Notes: a model not told the origin generated them from the sequence alone. 64,000 nt of DNA from Alphaproteobacteria bacterium (GCA_024279115.1 JAJRRW010000121.1:7614-71613); one strand, 5' to 3'; positions 49,858-61,497 are shown, numbered from the stretch's first letter. Translations and numbers: made by a program.

Positions 49858-51234
49858 CTAGAAATAATCAAGACTGACCCTGAACAATTGCTCGACCTCG
49901 TGAACATTTTCGCCAAGGGCAAATATGATGACGCGATCTCCTTGCTTAATCGTAAAGTGACCTTCAGGCAATATCATCTCGTTTTCACGAATGATGGCAC
50001 CTATTCTCACCCCATCAGGAAGATCAAGCTCCTTGAGAGGCTTGCCAACCAGAGGTGACGTATTTAACGCCTCGGCTTCGATGATTTCCGCGGCTCCATC
50101 CTCAATCGAGTAAACCCCCTTGATGCGCCCTCTTCGCACATGCTCAAGAATACGCGAAATGGTAATGGAACGCGGGTTGAGATGAGCTTCAATTCCCAAA
50201 CCATCGACAATCGTCATATAGCTGCGATTATTGATAAGGCACAGATTGTGCCGACAGCCCAGCCTTTTGGCCAGTACGCTAGAAAGAATATTGACCTGAT
50301 CATCATTGGTCAGGGCAATCATCATATCGGCGTCCCTGATATCGGCTTCATTGAGAATATCCTCATTGAGGACGCTACCATTCAAGACAATAGTGCGGTC
50401 CAGCTGCTCTGCGGCATTGACAGCGATGGGGCGATTGATTTCGATCAGTTTTTGATTGGTAAACGGGTGTAACTGCTCTAGTCGTTGCGCAACATAAAGA
50501 CCAATATTGCCAGCGCCCGCGATGACCACACGATTGGCACGATCCTTCTTGTGACCAAATATTTTCATGGTGCGCTCGACCTGATCGGCGCGCACAATCA
50601 AATAAACACTATCTCCGGCCTGCAGTTGATCCTGACGCCCCGCCGCGAACAGCTCATTATCCCGCGATATGCCGACAATCATGGCAAACAGATCGGGAAA
50701 CAAATCGGTTAGTTGATCAAGGGGGGTGTCTAGAATAGGACATTCATCGGTACAACTGATGCCAATCGCCGTTATGCGCCCCTCATCGAAGCTGAACGCG
50801 TCCAGAGCACCAGGCAGATTAAGCCGCTGCAACACGGCTTCTCCCACCTCGATCTCGGGTGAAATAATCACATCAATAGGCATATGGTTGCGCGTGAACA
50901 GATCGGCCCAATGCGGCTCACGATAACTTTGTGCACGGATGCGGGCAATTTTCTGGGGTATATTGAACATGGTATGAGCGATCTGGCAGGCCACCATGTT
51001 GACTTCATCATGATAGGTGACGGCAATCAGCATATCGCATTCATTTGCACCTGCCCGATCAAGCATATCGGGATGGGCGCCATGCCCAACAAACCCCTGG
51101 ACATCCAGATTATCGCTGATCTGTTGAACGAGATCCGGCTCGGTATCAATCACCGCAACGTCATTGCCTTCCGTAGCAAGATGTTCGGCAATGCCGTATC
51201 CCACCTGGCCGGCGCCGCAAATAATGACCTTCAT
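49858..51234 (-). CDS. trkA: Trk system potassium uptake protein TrkA
   Basis: Two Rossmann/RCK units (MKVIICGAGQVG... and VIAGAGNIG...). Confidence 0.9.
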   Translation of the reverse strand: MKVIICGAGQVGYGIAEHLATEGNDVAVIDTEPDLVQQISDNLDVQGFVGHGAHPDMLDRAGANECDMLIAVTYHDEVNMVACQIAHTMFNIPQKIARIRAQSYREPHWADLFTRNHMPIDVIISPEIEVGEAVLQRLNLPGALDAFSFDEGRITAIGISCTDECPILDTPLDQLTDLFPDLFAMIVGISRDNELFAAGRQDQLQAGDSVYLIVRADQVERTMKIFGHKKDRANRVVIAGAGNIGLYVAQRLEQLHPFTNQKLIEINRPIAVNAAEQLDRTIVLNGSVLNEDILNEADIRDADMMIALTNDDQVNILSSVLAKRLGCRHNLCLINNRSYMTIVDGLGIEAHLNPRSITISRILEHVRRGRIKGVYSIEDGAAEIIEAEALNTSPLVGKPLKELDLPDGVRIGAIIRENEMILPEGHFTIKQGDRVIIFALGENVHEVEQLFRVSLDYF

Positions 51235-51632
51235 GACGCGCTCCCATTAGCGGTGTACCTAAAAATTTAGCAAACAGCGCTGCCAGCTTGAAAATAATCC
51301 GGTGCTCCAAAGCGTAGCACGCTGCATCTAACAGATTGTTATAGCAGACAATTATAATAAAGGCGTCTCCATGTCATGAATTTTTGGGTGCAATTTGTCA
51401 CAAAACGACACTGTTCCCCCCCTGGAAAGGGCATTTATAGGAATTAAATCCTTTTATCGGGAATGATTTGTGCTCGATGAACATGTCAAAATATTTTCCA
51501 CTTGTATCGACCCCTTTGCCCGGCAGCAGCGTTGCTTGCTGCTTATGGTACACATATCATCGTCCCAACACGCCTCTCCATCGACAAGATTTGCTGGGGT
51601 AAAATGGATCAATACAAGTGAAGATGCCCTCG

Positions 51633-53042
51633 TCAGATCGCTTCTTTTTTGCGGTCAGAAGAATTGACCCCAAGCACGCGCAATTTACGATGCAAAGCTG
51701 ATCTCTCCATGCCAATAAATTCAGCGGTACGAGAGATATTGCCGCCAAAGCGGTTAATTTGCGCCATCAGATATTCCCGCTCAAAAATTTCACGGGCATC
51801 TCGCAACGGCAGCGACATCAAATGCTCGCCACCACTGCCATCAGGATTGAGATTGACCGACCCACCCAGCTCTTCGGGCAGCATTTCAGCGGTGATAACC
51901 GTATCAGCATCGCCTTCGGAAAGGATCATCAAGCGCTCGATGATATTCCGGAGCTGGCGCACATTGCCAGGCCACTCATACGATTGCAAAATAGCCATTG
52001 CATCCTCGCCAATAATGCGCGGCACAAGCCCCGAAGAAAGCGATATCTGGGCAATGAAGTGATCAACCAGCACAGGAATATCTTCACGTCGCTCAGATAA
52101 TCCAGGGACCTCGAGAGGAACAACATTTAACCGATGAAACAGGTCTTCACGCAGGTTTCCGCCCCGGCGTTCTGCTTCAAGGTCGCGACTGGAGGAGCTG
52201 ACAATGCGCACATCGACCTCAACCTTGGTGCCACTGCCAAGGCGCTGGAACTTCTGCTCGACCAGCACCCGCAGAATTTTACTCTGGGTCTCCAGCGGCA
52301 TTTCAGCGATTTCATCAATATAGAGCGTGCCAAGATGCGCCTCCTCAAGAGCCCCTACCTTGCTGGGAGATGATTTTTGCTCGTTGGTGCCAAACAGTTC
52401 CATCTCCATCCGGTCTGGGGTGATGGCAGCTGCATTTAGAGCCACAAAGGGTCCATTGGTGCGATGAGAAAGCAAATGCAACATTCTAGCTGTCAGTTCC
52501 TTGCCGCAACCAGAGGGGCCGGTAATCAATACCCGACTATTGGTGGGAGCAACTTTTTCGATGGATTGGCGTAGCTGATTGATGACAGCCGAGTTGCCAA
52601 TCATTTCCTGACTGATCGGGCTTTGCTCGCGCAATTGTTCGATTTCCTTTTTCAATCGATAAGATTCGATCGCCCGTTCGGTGATATTAATCAGCTTGTC
52701 GGTATTAAAAGGTTTTTCAATAAACTCATATGCACCGCGCTTGATCGCTGTCACGGCTGTTTCAATATTGCCATGCCCCGAAATGATCACCACCGGAATA
52801 TCTGGATGCATTTTCTGGATGCGATCAAGAACCTCCAGGCCATCAAGCCGACTGCCCTGCAGCCAGATATCGAGAATGACCAGATAGGGGCGCCGCTCTT
52901 CGATGGCGATCAACGCGTCATCACTATTGGCGGCCTGTCTGGTCTCATAGCCTTCATCTTCCAATATGCCTGCAACGAGTTCCCTGATATCGGGTTCATC
53001 GTCAACTATTAGGATATCATACACCGTAGTTCTCTCCCTCAT
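51633..53042 (-). CDS. ntrX: Sigma-54-type response regulator NtrX
   Basis: REC domain (ILIVDDEPDIR), AAA+ domain (GPSGCGKE) and a C-terminal HTH. Located downstream of ntrY. Confidence 0.88.
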   Translation of the reverse strand: MRERTTVYDILIVDDEPDIRELVAGILEDEGYETRQAANSDDALIAIEERRPYLVILDIWLQGSRLDGLEVLDRIQKMHPDIPVVIISGHGNIETAVTAIKRGAYEFIEKPFNTDKLINITERAIESYRLKKEIEQLREQSPISQEMIGNSAVINQLRQSIEKVAPTNSRVLITGPSGCGKELTARMLHLLSHRTNGPFVALNAAAITPDRMEMELFGTNEQKSSPSKVGALEEAHLGTLYIDEIAEMPLETQSKILRVLVEQKFQRLGSGTKVEVDVRIVSSSSRDLEAERRGGNLREDLFHRLNVVPLEVPGLSERREDIPVLVDHFIAQISLSSGLVPRIIGEDAMAILQSYEWPGNVRQLRNIIERLMILSEGDADTVITAEMLPEELGGSVNLNPDGSGGEHLMSLPLRDAREIFEREYLMAQINRFGGNISRTAEFIGMERSALHRKLRVLGVNSSDRKKEAI

Positions 53043-55371
53043 GCCGCGGGTCTGTGTCTGAATTCATGGTACCGCTCCCCAAGTTCTGGGGGGTAATTGA
53101 AATTGTTGTGGGTTTTACTTTCGAGCGGTTTTTCTTTTTATAGGGAATGATCAATCTGACCCGAGCTCCCGACTTGTTCTTTTTAGTTTTGGGCGCATCT
53201 TCCAAAATGATATGACCGTCATGCTGTTCCGTAATTTTTTGAACGATCGCCAATCCAAGGCCCGTGCCTTTTTCCCTGGTTGTCATATATGGTTCAAGAA
53301 GACGATTGCGCTGCTCTTTTGGCAAACCGCACCCATTGTCTGTGATGGTGATTCTATACTTATTCGTACCCCCTTTCAAAGCGATCTCGATATGCCCTTG
53401 ATAAGTTTTCAACAGAGGTTTTTCCTCAAACGCACATATCACTGCTTCTGTGGCGTTTTTCACCAGATTTATCAGAGCCTGCGATATCAACCCCTTGTCA
53501 CAAAGTGACACCACCGGACTGTCTGGAACGGAGACCGTCAGCGATATCTTTCGCTTAGGGTTCTCGTAAAGAGTGGCAACTTCATGAATTATGTCGCGAA
53601 TGTCATATAGTTCCATCACCGGCTCTGGCATCCTTGCAAAATCGGAAAATTCATCCACCATGCGCTTGATGTCCGCGACCCGACCAATAATCGTGTTCGT
53701 GCAATCATCCAGCACTTTTCGATCATCGCCGATGACTTTGCCATATTTACGGCGAATACGTTCGGCCGACAGCTGAATGGGGGTCAGCGGGTTCTGCATT
53801 TCATGGGCAATGCGTTGGGCCACATCCGCCCAGGCTGAGGATCGTTGGGCATTCACCAGTTCGGTCGTATCATCAAATGTCAGCACAAACCCATATTCGT
53901 GATCGACACTGCTCTCCCTGGTCAGTCGGACAGCAAAATGGCGCTCTACGCCATTGACGGTCATATCGATGCCATCTTGAATAAGTGTATCGGCTCCCTC
54001 GTCACCTTGCTTGGCCATGGTGATTGAGGGCAAAAATTCAGGTACGGCGATTTCAAGCCGTTTGCCGTGCAACTCTTCCCCCGTACGTCCCAGCATTTGT
54101 TCCGCCGAGCGGTTGACGTGATCAACAATACCAAACGCATCAAGCCCAATAACACCAGCGCTGACCCCGTACAGAACCGCTTCGATAAATCGGCGCCGTT
54201 CGTCAAGCATAAGATTGGTATCAATGAGTTCGTTCTGCTGACTTTTCAACTCAGCAGTCATATTGTTGAAGGTCGAGCCCAACTGAGCAAGTTCCCCGTG
54301 ATGGGATTGCAGATTGATAACGGTTTCAAGATCACCGCGCTGGACATTTTGCGCCGCAACGATCAGCCGTCTGATGGGATCGCTTAGTCGGTTGGCAAAC
54401 CACAGACCAAGCCAGATCGCCGCCAGCAAAAGCGTCAGGGCAATGGCCACATAGGTCAAGGCAAAGGCAATTTGCACCCCGGTACGGCGTTGTTCCAGTT
54501 CTTTATATTCCGACACATTGGCCTGGGCTCGCTGGAAGTGCCGGATGACCTTGGGATTGACGGGACGCAAGGCATAGAGATAAATGTCTGCCGATTTGAA
54601 CAGCTTCTTGATCGCCCCGATCTTATTGGTTTTGGTGGGGGGAATAATGATGACCGTGCCGTCCTGGGCGGCGCCCAGTGACCCCGCCTGTGGCTTTTGG
54701 TAGGCATCTGGTGCGCTGCCTCCCTTGGCGATCAGCTTGCCGTTTTTGCGGATCAGGTAGAGGCTGGGCAAGGCGCGCAAGGCAGATTGAAAGCGCAACA
54801 TTTTTGCCAGCTTTTCGGGCCTCTTGCCAACTTTTGGCAATTGCTTTTCCGCCGCCGCCGCCACGGCGATCATATCAGCCCTGATCACCTCACTATGCTC
54901 TTTGATATAGGTTGTTGCCACCTCAAGACTGTCTCTCACCAGGGCTTTGGTATGGGTGGAAAACAAATGATCGAGACCTCGGTCAAGCGAGATACTGGCA
55001 AAGATCGCCAGCAAAATAGCGGGCAATGCCGCCACCAGACTAAATTGCGAGACAAACCGCACATGCAGCTTGGAGCCAGCCTTGCCGCTGCGAAAGTTCA
55101 ACCACAGCTCGATAACATGCCAGGCAATCAGCAAGATCATGCCGCCAATCAAAAAACTATTGATCAAAAGCACCGTGACAACAACGCTATGGCGCGGCTG
55201 TATGGGGGTAAGGCCGGTCAGGATGAGATAGGTCGTAATACCAAAAACCAGGGACAAGGAGACCAAAACAAGACCGACATAAAACAGTAGTTTTCGGTTC
55301 TTTCCAAACGGGCCATCAGTGGCGTTTTCCGGCTCTTTATACAAGCGGCTGGTGTCATCAACACTGGTCAT
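53017..55371 (-). CDS. ntrY: Sensor histidine kinase NtrY
   Basis: N-terminal TM segments, HAMP, PAS, H-box HEMQNPLTPIQLSAERIRRKYG and an ATPase domain. The start is placed at MTSVDD. The ORF is open up to 55461. Confidence 0.85.
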   Translation of the reverse strand: MTSVDDTSRLYKEPENATDGPFGKNRKLLFYVGLVLVSLSLVFGITTYLILTGLTPIQPRHSVVVTVLLINSFLIGGMILLIAWHVIELWLNFRSGKAGSKLHVRFVSQFSLVAALPAILLAIFASISLDRGLDHLFSTHTKALVRDSLEVATTYIKEHSEVIRADMIAVAAAAEKQLPKVGKRPEKLAKMLRFQSALRALPSLYLIRKNGKLIAKGGSAPDAYQKPQAGSLGAAQDGTVIIIPPTKTNKIGAIKKLFKSADIYLYALRPVNPKVIRHFQRAQANVSEYKELEQRRTGVQIAFALTYVAIALTLLLAAIWLGLWFANRLSDPIRRLIVAAQNVQRGDLETVINLQSHHGELAQLGSTFNNMTAELKSQQNELIDTNLMLDERRRFIEAVLYGVSAGVIGLDAFGIVDHVNRSAEQMLGRTGEELHGKRLEIAVPEFLPSITMAKQGDEGADTLIQDGIDMTVNGVERHFAVRLTRESSVDHEYGFVLTFDDTTELVNAQRSSAWADVAQRIAHEMQNPLTPIQLSAERIRRKYGKVIGDDRKVLDDCTNTIIGRVADIKRMVDEFSDFARMPEPVMELYDIRDIIHEVATLYENPKRKISLTVSVPDSPVVSLCDKGLISQALINLVKNATEAVICAFEEKPLLKTYQGHIEIALKGGTNKYRITITDNGCGLPKEQRNRLLEPYMTTREKGTGLGLAIVQKITEQHDGHIILEDAPKTKKNKSGARVRLIIPYKKKNRSKVKPTTISITPQNLGSGTMNSDTDPRHEGENYGV

Positions 55372-55577
55372 CGTGGCTCCATCTAGATGCCGGAAACGAG
55401 AGGCGATTATCAACAAGAGTGACGGGCCTGCCGCTCGCAAACTGTATCCCGCTTGCAACAAAAATCATCCTGAACTTTTATATTGTCCTGAATGGCACAG
55501 ACAATCAACAATATTGTGACATTTATGAGACTAATTAATATCTGTGAAGAACTTGCTGCATGCGCTTGCCTGCCTCT

Positions 55578-57023
55578 TTATTCGCTGGTTGTTATGACTT
55601 TGATATCCAGTTTGCGTATTTTGTCACGCAAGGTATTGCGATTGAGCCCCAGCAATTCAGCGGCCCGCAACTGATTGCCTCTGGTGGCTGTCAGGCAAGC
55701 TGTCAGCAACGGCTTTTCCATCTGCTGCAAAATGCGTTGATAAAGCCCTGCCGGAGTCAGATCATTGCCATAGCCCTGAAAATAACCAGCAAGGTAATGC
55801 TCAACGGCTTCGCAAATATCATATTCATCCTTGGGAGCATGCAATTGCCCGGTGATCTGCGAGGAAAACTCCTGTAGAACCAGATCTTCGGTGATCACAT
55901 CATGGGCATAAAGGGCGACAATCCGCCGGATCAGATTTTCAAGCTCTCGCACATTGCCAGGCCACTCATAGGCTTGCAGTTTGGCCACGGCCTCTGGTGT
56001 AAAGGTCCTAGTCTGCGCATTACCGCCATCGTCGGCAACCTTCCCCAGGAAATGATTGATCAGATCTGGAATATCTTCTTTACGGCTTCGCAGTGGTGGC
56101 AGGTTCAAAGGCACCACATTCAAGCGATAGAACAGGTCTTCGCGAAACAGGCCTTGTGATATGAGACTGCGCAGATCGCGGTGGGTGGCGGCAATGATGC
56201 GCACATCCGTCTTGATGGGCGTGCGGCCGCCCACCGTCATATATTCCCCCTCTTGCAAGACCCGTAGCAAGCGGGTCTGTGCGTCCATGGGCATATCACC
56301 GATCTCATCAAGAAATAAAGTGCCGCCTTTGGCCTGTTCAAAGCGTCCCGAATTTCTGGTGACAGCACCGGTGAAAGCGCCCTTTTCATGCCCGAACAAT
56401 TCTGATTCGATCAATTCCTTGGGAATGGCCGCCATATTGATGGCCACATATTCCCCGTTTTTTTGTTTGGAGTAATCATGAAGGGCGCGGGCCACAAGTT
56501 CTTTGCCGGTTCCAGACTCGCCATTTATCAAAACCGTCAGATCGGTTTGCGTCAATCGGGCCAGCACACGGTAAATTTCCTGCATGGCACCAGAGCGCCC
56601 GACCAGTGACACATCCATTTCATTGGCTTTTGGTTGTGCCGGACTGATATTGTTCCTGGTGTCCGACATCGCCCGGTCGACAATCGCCAGCAACTCATTG
56701 AGATCAAATGGCTTGGGCAAATATTCATACGCCCCCAGCTCTGTCGCCTTGATGGCCGTCATCAAGGTATTTTGTGCACTCATGACAATGATTGGCAATT
56801 CAGGACGAATTTTCTTTATGCGAGGCAGCAGGTTGAAAATATTTTCATCTGGCATCACCACATCCGTGACAACGACATCTCCTTCACCTCGCGAAACCCA
56901 TTGCCATAGCGTCGTTGCATTGCTGGTGATCTGTGGTTCAAAGCCAGCACGCGCCAAAGCACGCTGCAACACCGTGCGTATGGCCGCGTCATCATCGGCT
57001 ATCAGGATGTGACCTTTACTCAT
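55578..57023 (-). CDS. ntrC: Nitrogen regulation response regulator NtrC
   Basis: REC domain (ILIADDD), sigma-54 activator AAA+ domain ([14 protein letters not shown]) and a Fis-type HTH at the C-terminus. Confidence 0.9.
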   Translation of the reverse strand: MSKGHILIADDDAAIRTVLQRALARAGFEPQITSNATTLWQWVSRGEGDVVVTDVVMPDENIFNLLPRIKKIRPELPIIVMSAQNTLMTAIKATELGAYEYLPKPFDLNELLAIVDRAMSDTRNNISPAQPKANEMDVSLVGRSGAMQEIYRVLARLTQTDLTVLINGESGTGKELVARALHDYSKQKNGEYVAINMAAIPKELIESELFGHEKGAFTGAVTRNSGRFEQAKGGTLFLDEIGDMPMDAQTRLLRVLQEGEYMTVGGRTPIKTDVRIIAATHRDLRSLISQGLFREDLFYRLNVVPLNLPPLRSRKEDIPDLINHFLGKVADDGGNAQTRTFTPEAVAKLQAYEWPGNVRELENLIRRIVALYAHDVITEDLVLQEFSSQITGQLHAPKDEYDICEAVEHYLAGYFQGYGNDLTPAGLYQRILQQMEKPLLTACLTATRGNQLRAAELLGLNRNTLRDKIRKLDIKVITTSE

Positions 57024-57032
57024 TTAATTGAC

Positions 57033-58190
57033 CTATCCTTTTTCAAGCACTTGCGAGGGCGGCTTTTTCTTCGATTTGCGTTCTGGTTTTTGATGCGGCA
57101 ACAAGAGTTTGAATATGGAACGCTCACCAATGCGTTCATATTCAATGATGCCGCCATGATCCTTGGTGGTCTTGGCAACCAATGCCAGCCCCAGCCCCGT
57201 CCCGCTGGCTTTGGTGGTGACGAAGGGGTCAAACAAAAAGGACCGGATATCATCTGGAACCCCTGGCCCATTGTCTTCAATGGTGATCTGCAATGGCAGG
57301 TTGGTCTTGGTGCGTGAGCCAGGAACCGTAAAACTTACGCCAGGACGATAAGAGGTGGTCACCCAGATTTTGGCATGTGTGCGTGAATCAGAGACCGCCT
57401 CGGCGGCATTTTTTACCAGATTGAGAAACACCTGCACCAATAAATCGCGACTTCCCAACAGCTTAGGCAATGAGGGGTCATAATTCTCGATCAGTTCAAT
57501 ATTCTTTGCAAATCCGTTATTGGCCACTTGCAGCACATGCCCCAGCACCTCATGAATATTGATCATCTTGTGATCAGCAAGATTATTGTTGCCAAATATT
57601 TCCATGCGGCCAACGAGCCGGGAGATCCGATCGGTTTCATCGACGATCAAGGTGGTGAGAGGGCGATCTTCTTGCTCAATGGAACTTTCCAGAAGCTGGG
57701 CGGCTCCTCTTATGCCCGACAGCGGGTTGCGAATTTCATGAGCCAGCATGGAGGCCAGGCCTGTCACAGAGCGTGCTGCGCCGCGGTGGGCAAGTTGCCG
57801 CTCAATTTTTTGCGCGATGGTGCGCGGCTGCATCACCACAATCACGGTCTCGTCATCAAGAGAGAGCGGGGTCACCTGCAAATCCATCAGCTCATTGGCC
57901 TTTTGTCTGATCCAGCCAATTTCAACATTATATTCGTTGATGCCGCTATTGCCCCGTTGCACCTGATTGACAAGCGAAAGTACGGGGCTGTCAAAATGGA
58001 ATAATTCCTCAAGTACCATGCGCAAAAGCGTTGAGCTGCTGGTGTTGAAATAGAGTTCGGCGCGCGAATTTACATATTCGATGCGATTATGCCGCCCCAC
58101 CGCCAGAATAATCTGCGGCAAGGCGTGCAGCAATTGAACCTGTAGCTTTGAGGAGACATCCTGAACTATTTTACATTTCTTTTGGGTCAT
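57033..58190 (-). CDS. ntrB: Nitrogen regulation sensor kinase NtrB
   Basis: PAS domain, H-box HEIRNPLSGIRGAAQLL, and N/G boxes. Confidence 0.88.
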   Translation of the reverse strand: MTQKKCKIVQDVSSKLQVQLLHALPQIILAVGRHNRIEYVNSRAELYFNTSSSTLLRMVLEELFHFDSPVLSLVNQVQRGNSGINEYNVEIGWIRQKANELMDLQVTPLSLDDETVIVVMQPRTIAQKIERQLAHRGAARSVTGLASMLAHEIRNPLSGIRGAAQLLESSIEQEDRPLTTLIVDETDRISRLVGRMEIFGNNNLADHKMINIHEVLGHVLQVANNGFAKNIELIENYDPSLPKLLGSRDLLVQVFLNLVKNAAEAVSDSRTHAKIWVTTSYRPGVSFTVPGSRTKTNLPLQITIEDNGPGVPDDIRSFLFDPFVTTKASGTGLGLALVAKTTKDHGGIIEYERIGERSIFKLLLPHQKPERKSKKKPPSQVLEKG

Positions 58191-59185
58191 GCGGCGAGCT
58201 CACGATCCCCCTCAATAGAGGCAAACATTTCGTTCAGTGCCTTGATGACATTGACTGGCTGCTCTTCGCGGCACAGCCTGGCTCTCCAGGTCAATGCATC
58301 ACTCCGGCGCTTGAACAGATCATCGATATACCAGCCCAGATGCTTGCGGGCATTGCGCAAACCAAGTTCAACACCATAAAAGCTCAACATATCCTCATAA
58401 TGCTCTGCAATGATGGCCTGCTTGACGGCAAGTGTTGGTGCTGCCGGACTTGCCCCTGTTGCGAGGCGCGCGCCAAACTCCCCGACAATCCACGGCCGCC
58501 CCTGTGCGCCGCGTCCAATCATCACTCCCGACGCTGTTGACTGTGCCAGACAGGTCTCGAGGGCTGAAAAATCGATAATATCGCCATTGGCAATGACCGG
58601 AACACGAACCGCCTTCACCACATCAGATATGGCCAGCCAGTCCGCCTGGCCCTTGTAAAACTGATTGCGGGTACGCCCATGGACCGTTAACATCTGAACC
58701 CCGGCCTGCTCGGCCCGTATGGCAATATCGGCAGCATTGAGAAGATGTTCGTCCCAGCCAAGGCGCATTTTAAGCGAAACCGGCAGATTAACGGCCCCCA
58801 CCACACTGTCTATGATGGAAAGCGCCAGATCAGGCTCCTTCATAAGCGCTGAACCCGCCAGCCCCTTGGTGACCTTGCGCGCCGGGCAACCCATATTAAT
58901 ATCAATCATATCGGCACCAAGATCTGCGGCAACCCTGGCTGCTTCACCGGTTTCATGGGGGCAGCGGCCCGATATCTGGATCACATAGGGGGTGATTTCT
59001 GGCGCCCCCATGACCCGCTTCAAGGTCTGCTTGTGTGCACCCGCCAGCATTTTACTGGCCACCATCTCGGCGACCACCAACCCCGCTCCCAACCGATGCG
59101 CAATGCGCCGGAATGGCAGGTCTGTTATGCCAGACATGGGGGCCAGCAGGACCCTGTTTCTTAACTCGATCATAGGTCTCGTCAA
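58187..59185 (-). CDS. dusB: tRNA-dihydrouridine synthase B (NifR3)
   Basis: LAPMSGITDLPFR, INMGCPA and HGRT motifs. The stop overlaps the ntrB start. Confidence 0.9.
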   Translation of the reverse strand: MTRPMIELRNRVLLAPMSGITDLPFRRIAHRLGAGLVVAEMVASKMLAGAHKQTLKRVMGAPEITPYVIQISGRCPHETGEAARVAADLGADMIDINMGCPARKVTKGLAGSALMKEPDLALSIIDSVVGAVNLPVSLKMRLGWDEHLLNAADIAIRAEQAGVQMLTVHGRTRNQFYKGQADWLAISDVVKAVRVPVIANGDIIDFSALETCLAQSTASGVMIGRGAQGRPWIVGEFGARLATGASPAAPTLAVKQAIIAEHYEDMLSFYGVELGLRNARKHLGWYIDDLFKRRSDALTWRARLCREEQPVNVIKALNEMFASIEGDRELAA

Positions 59186-59353
59186 TCAGGTAGTATGCAT
59201 AAAAACTGTGCAGGTTATTTGAGCTGCTCAATCTTTAAGCAAAACATATGGAAAATGCAAATATTGACAGGACGATGCGACAAAACGTTCTTGGAATAAT
59301 CTCACCATCCCCCTATCCTGCCCGTTCTTGTCATCTGATCTGGAGAGCCGTAA

Positions 59354-60547
59354 ATGCCCAAAACCATCGTTCTTATAGTTGCTGCTGGTAAAGGCGTGCG
59401 GGCTGGTGGCGATCTTCCCAAGCAATATGCCAGGCTTGGGGGGCGTATGGTGCTGTCGACAACCATTGATGCTTTTATGGACCATCCACTGATAACAAAG
59501 ATTGCGACCGTCATCAGCCCCGGGGACATGGAGTTGTACCAGGAGGCAAGCAATCAATTCGGCGACAGGCTGCTGCCCCCCATCACGGGCGGAAAAACCC
59601 GCCAGGAAAGCGTTTATAACGGCTTGCAAGCCCTTAAAGCCCATGCCCCCGACCTTGTTCTCATCCATGATGCTGCAAGACCTTTTGTCGATGCTTTACT
59701 GATTGGCCGCGTTGTTCATGGGCTCAACACTCACGATGCTGTTTTACCAACGATCCCGATCAATGATACCATCAAGCAGGTGCATGGGGGGCAGGTGACA
59801 AAAACCGTTGATCGCTCGAAGCTATTTGCAGCCCAGACCCCGCAAGGCTTTAAATTCCCGCTTATTCTGGGGCTGCACGAACAAGCCGCAAATGACAAAA
59901 CCTGCCGCTTTACTGATGATGTGTCGATTGCAGAAATAGCGGGTATTGACGTTCATTGCGTCGAGGGTAGCTTTGACAATCAAAAACTGACGACAAGGAA
60001 TGATATGAAAATGGCCGAACTTGGGCTTGGCGCTCAGACCAGCTATGAAACCCGGGTCGGATCAGGCTTTGATGTTCACCGCTTCGAACCCGGGGACCGC
60101 GTGATATTGTGCGGCGTCAAAATCCCTTTCGACAAGCAATTGCAAGGTCATTCCGACGCCGATGTCGCCATGCACGCCCTCACCGATGCCCTCTATGGAA
60201 CCATCGCTGAAGGTGATATTGGCTCTCACTTCCCCCCCAATCAGGCACAATGGCAAGGAGCGGCCTCCAGCACTTTTTTGCGCCATGCCGTTGGGTTGGT
60301 GCGCGAGCGCGGCGGCAAATTGGTCAATGTCGATGTTACCATTATATGCGAGCGGCCCAGGATCGGCCCTCATCGAGACGCCATGCGCACGGAACTCGCG
60401 CGCCTATTGGATACCGATGTCTCACGCATCGCCATCAAGGCAACCACCACGGAGCAGCTTGGCTTTACCGGCCGTAATGAAGGCATTGCCGCACAGGCAA
60501 TCGCCACCATCTCACTACCTGACATTGGGGAGGAAAAAGATGTTTAG
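59354..60547 (+). CDS. ispDF: Bifunctional 2-C-methyl-D-erythritol 4-phosphate cytidylyltransferase / MEcPP synthase
   Basis: N-terminal IspD (VAAGKG.R) fused to C-terminal IspF (GSGFDVHRF...GHSDADV.MHAL). Confidence 0.92.
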   Translation: MPKTIVLIVAAGKGVRAGGDLPKQYARLGGRMVLSTTIDAFMDHPLITKIATVISPGDMELYQEASNQFGDRLLPPITGGKTRQESVYNGLQALKAHAPDLVLIHDAARPFVDALLIGRVVHGLNTHDAVLPTIPINDTIKQVHGGQVTKTVDRSKLFAAQTPQGFKFPLILGLHEQAANDKTCRFTDDVSIAEIAGIDVHCVEGSFDNQKLTTRNDMKMAELGLGAQTSYETRVGSGFDVHRFEPGDRVILCGVKIPFDKQLQGHSDADVAMHALTDALYGTIAEGDIGSHFPPNQAQWQGAASSTFLRHAVGLVRERGGKLVNVDVTIICERPRIGPHRDAMRTELARLLDTDVSRIAIKATTTEQLGFTGRNEGIAAQAIATISLPDIGEEKDV

Positions 60548-61058
60548 CCAACAACTGGTTGAGGAAATCGCCCTGTTATCGAAACTGTGCCGCAGTAAAA
60601 AACTGATGATCGCCAGCGCCGAATCCTGTACCGGCGGGCTTATCTCGGCGCTATTCACCGAGATTGCGGGATCATCAGATGTGTTTGAGCGTGGGTTTGT
60701 GACCTATTCCAATGAGGCCAAAACAGAGCTGTTGGGCGTGCCTGTGGAGCTTATCGAGCAATGGGGCGCCGTTAGCCCTCAGGTGGCGGCGGCAATGGCC
60801 AGTGGCGCGCTTACCCATTCTCATGCGGACCTCTCCATCTCGGTGACGGGCATCGCTGGTCCAGGCGGTGGTTCGGTTGAAAAGCCGGTGGGCCTTGTTT
60901 GTCTGGCGGCGGCTCGAAAAAATGGTCTGGTAATTGGCAAAACCCGCAAATTTGGAGATATTGGCCGCGCGAACATCCGCAGCGCAACCATAGGAGCTGC
61001 CATCGAATTGCTCAATAGCTCCATTGAAGCCGAAGACAGCTATGAAGCCTTGCCATAA
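60540..61058 (+). CDS. pncC: CinA C-terminal-domain protein / NMN amidohydrolase PncC
   Basis: ASAESCTGGL, FERGFVTYSNEAK and TGIAGPGGG motifs. Its ATG overlaps the ispDF stop region. The longer ORF in the track is an out-of-frame artefact over ispF. Confidence 0.85.
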   Translation: MFSQQLVEEIALLSKLCRSKKLMIASAESCTGGLISALFTEIAGSSDVFERGFVTYSNEAKTELLGVPVELIEQWGAVSPQVAAAMASGALTHSHADLSISVTGIAGPGGGSVEKPVGLVCLAAARKNGLVIGKTRKFGDIGRANIRSATIGAAIELLNSSIEAEDSYEALP

Positions 61059-61495
61059 ACCTCCTCAGCCCGCGCCACGAAGGCATCTGAAAATTTGTGA
61101 AACGCATAGTCAAACATGGAGCCCATCAAAAGCTGCAAGGGGCGCGACTTGAACTCGTAATCAATAAAAAACTCGACTTCGCAACTGTTCGCCGAGACCT
61201 CCTTGATGGTCCAGCGATTATCAAGATGATGAAAAGGTCCGGTGATGCTCTCCACAAATACCCGGTATTTTTGCCGATCCAGAACAACCCGGCTAGAGTA
61301 GGTTTCTCGAACCACTTTATAAGCCACTGTCATATCGGCAATGAGAATATCTTTGCCGCGACGCTGCTCACGGCTTTTCACGATAAGCGCCTCGCAGAGC
61401 GGTAAATATTGCGGATATTGCTCCACATCTGCAATTATCTTGTACATATTCAAAGCGCTATGAGGCACTGATCTGGTGTCAATAAAGCTCGGCAT
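61040..61495 (-). CDS. SRPBCC-family (RatA/Coq10-like) polyketide-cyclase-fold protein
   Basis: 151 aa with Y..I.DVE.YP.YLP.C N-terminus. Conserved position downstream of lipA. Confidence 0.75.
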   Translation of the reverse strand: MPSFIDTRSVPHSALNMYKIIADVEQYPQYLPLCEALIVKSREQRRGKDILIADMTVAYKVVRETYSSRVVLDRQKYRVFVESITGPFHHLDNRWTIKEVSANSCEVEFFIDYEFKSRPLQLLMGSMFDYAFHKFSDAFVARAEEVYGKAS

Positions 61496-61497
61496 CG

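Noticed and set aside
61040-61495. RatA-type toxin of a toxin-antitoxin pair.
   Set aside because: The protein is an SRPBCC/Coq10-like fold in its conserved position next to lipA. No small antitoxin partner ORF is adjacent. The neighbouring convergent gene is pncC.
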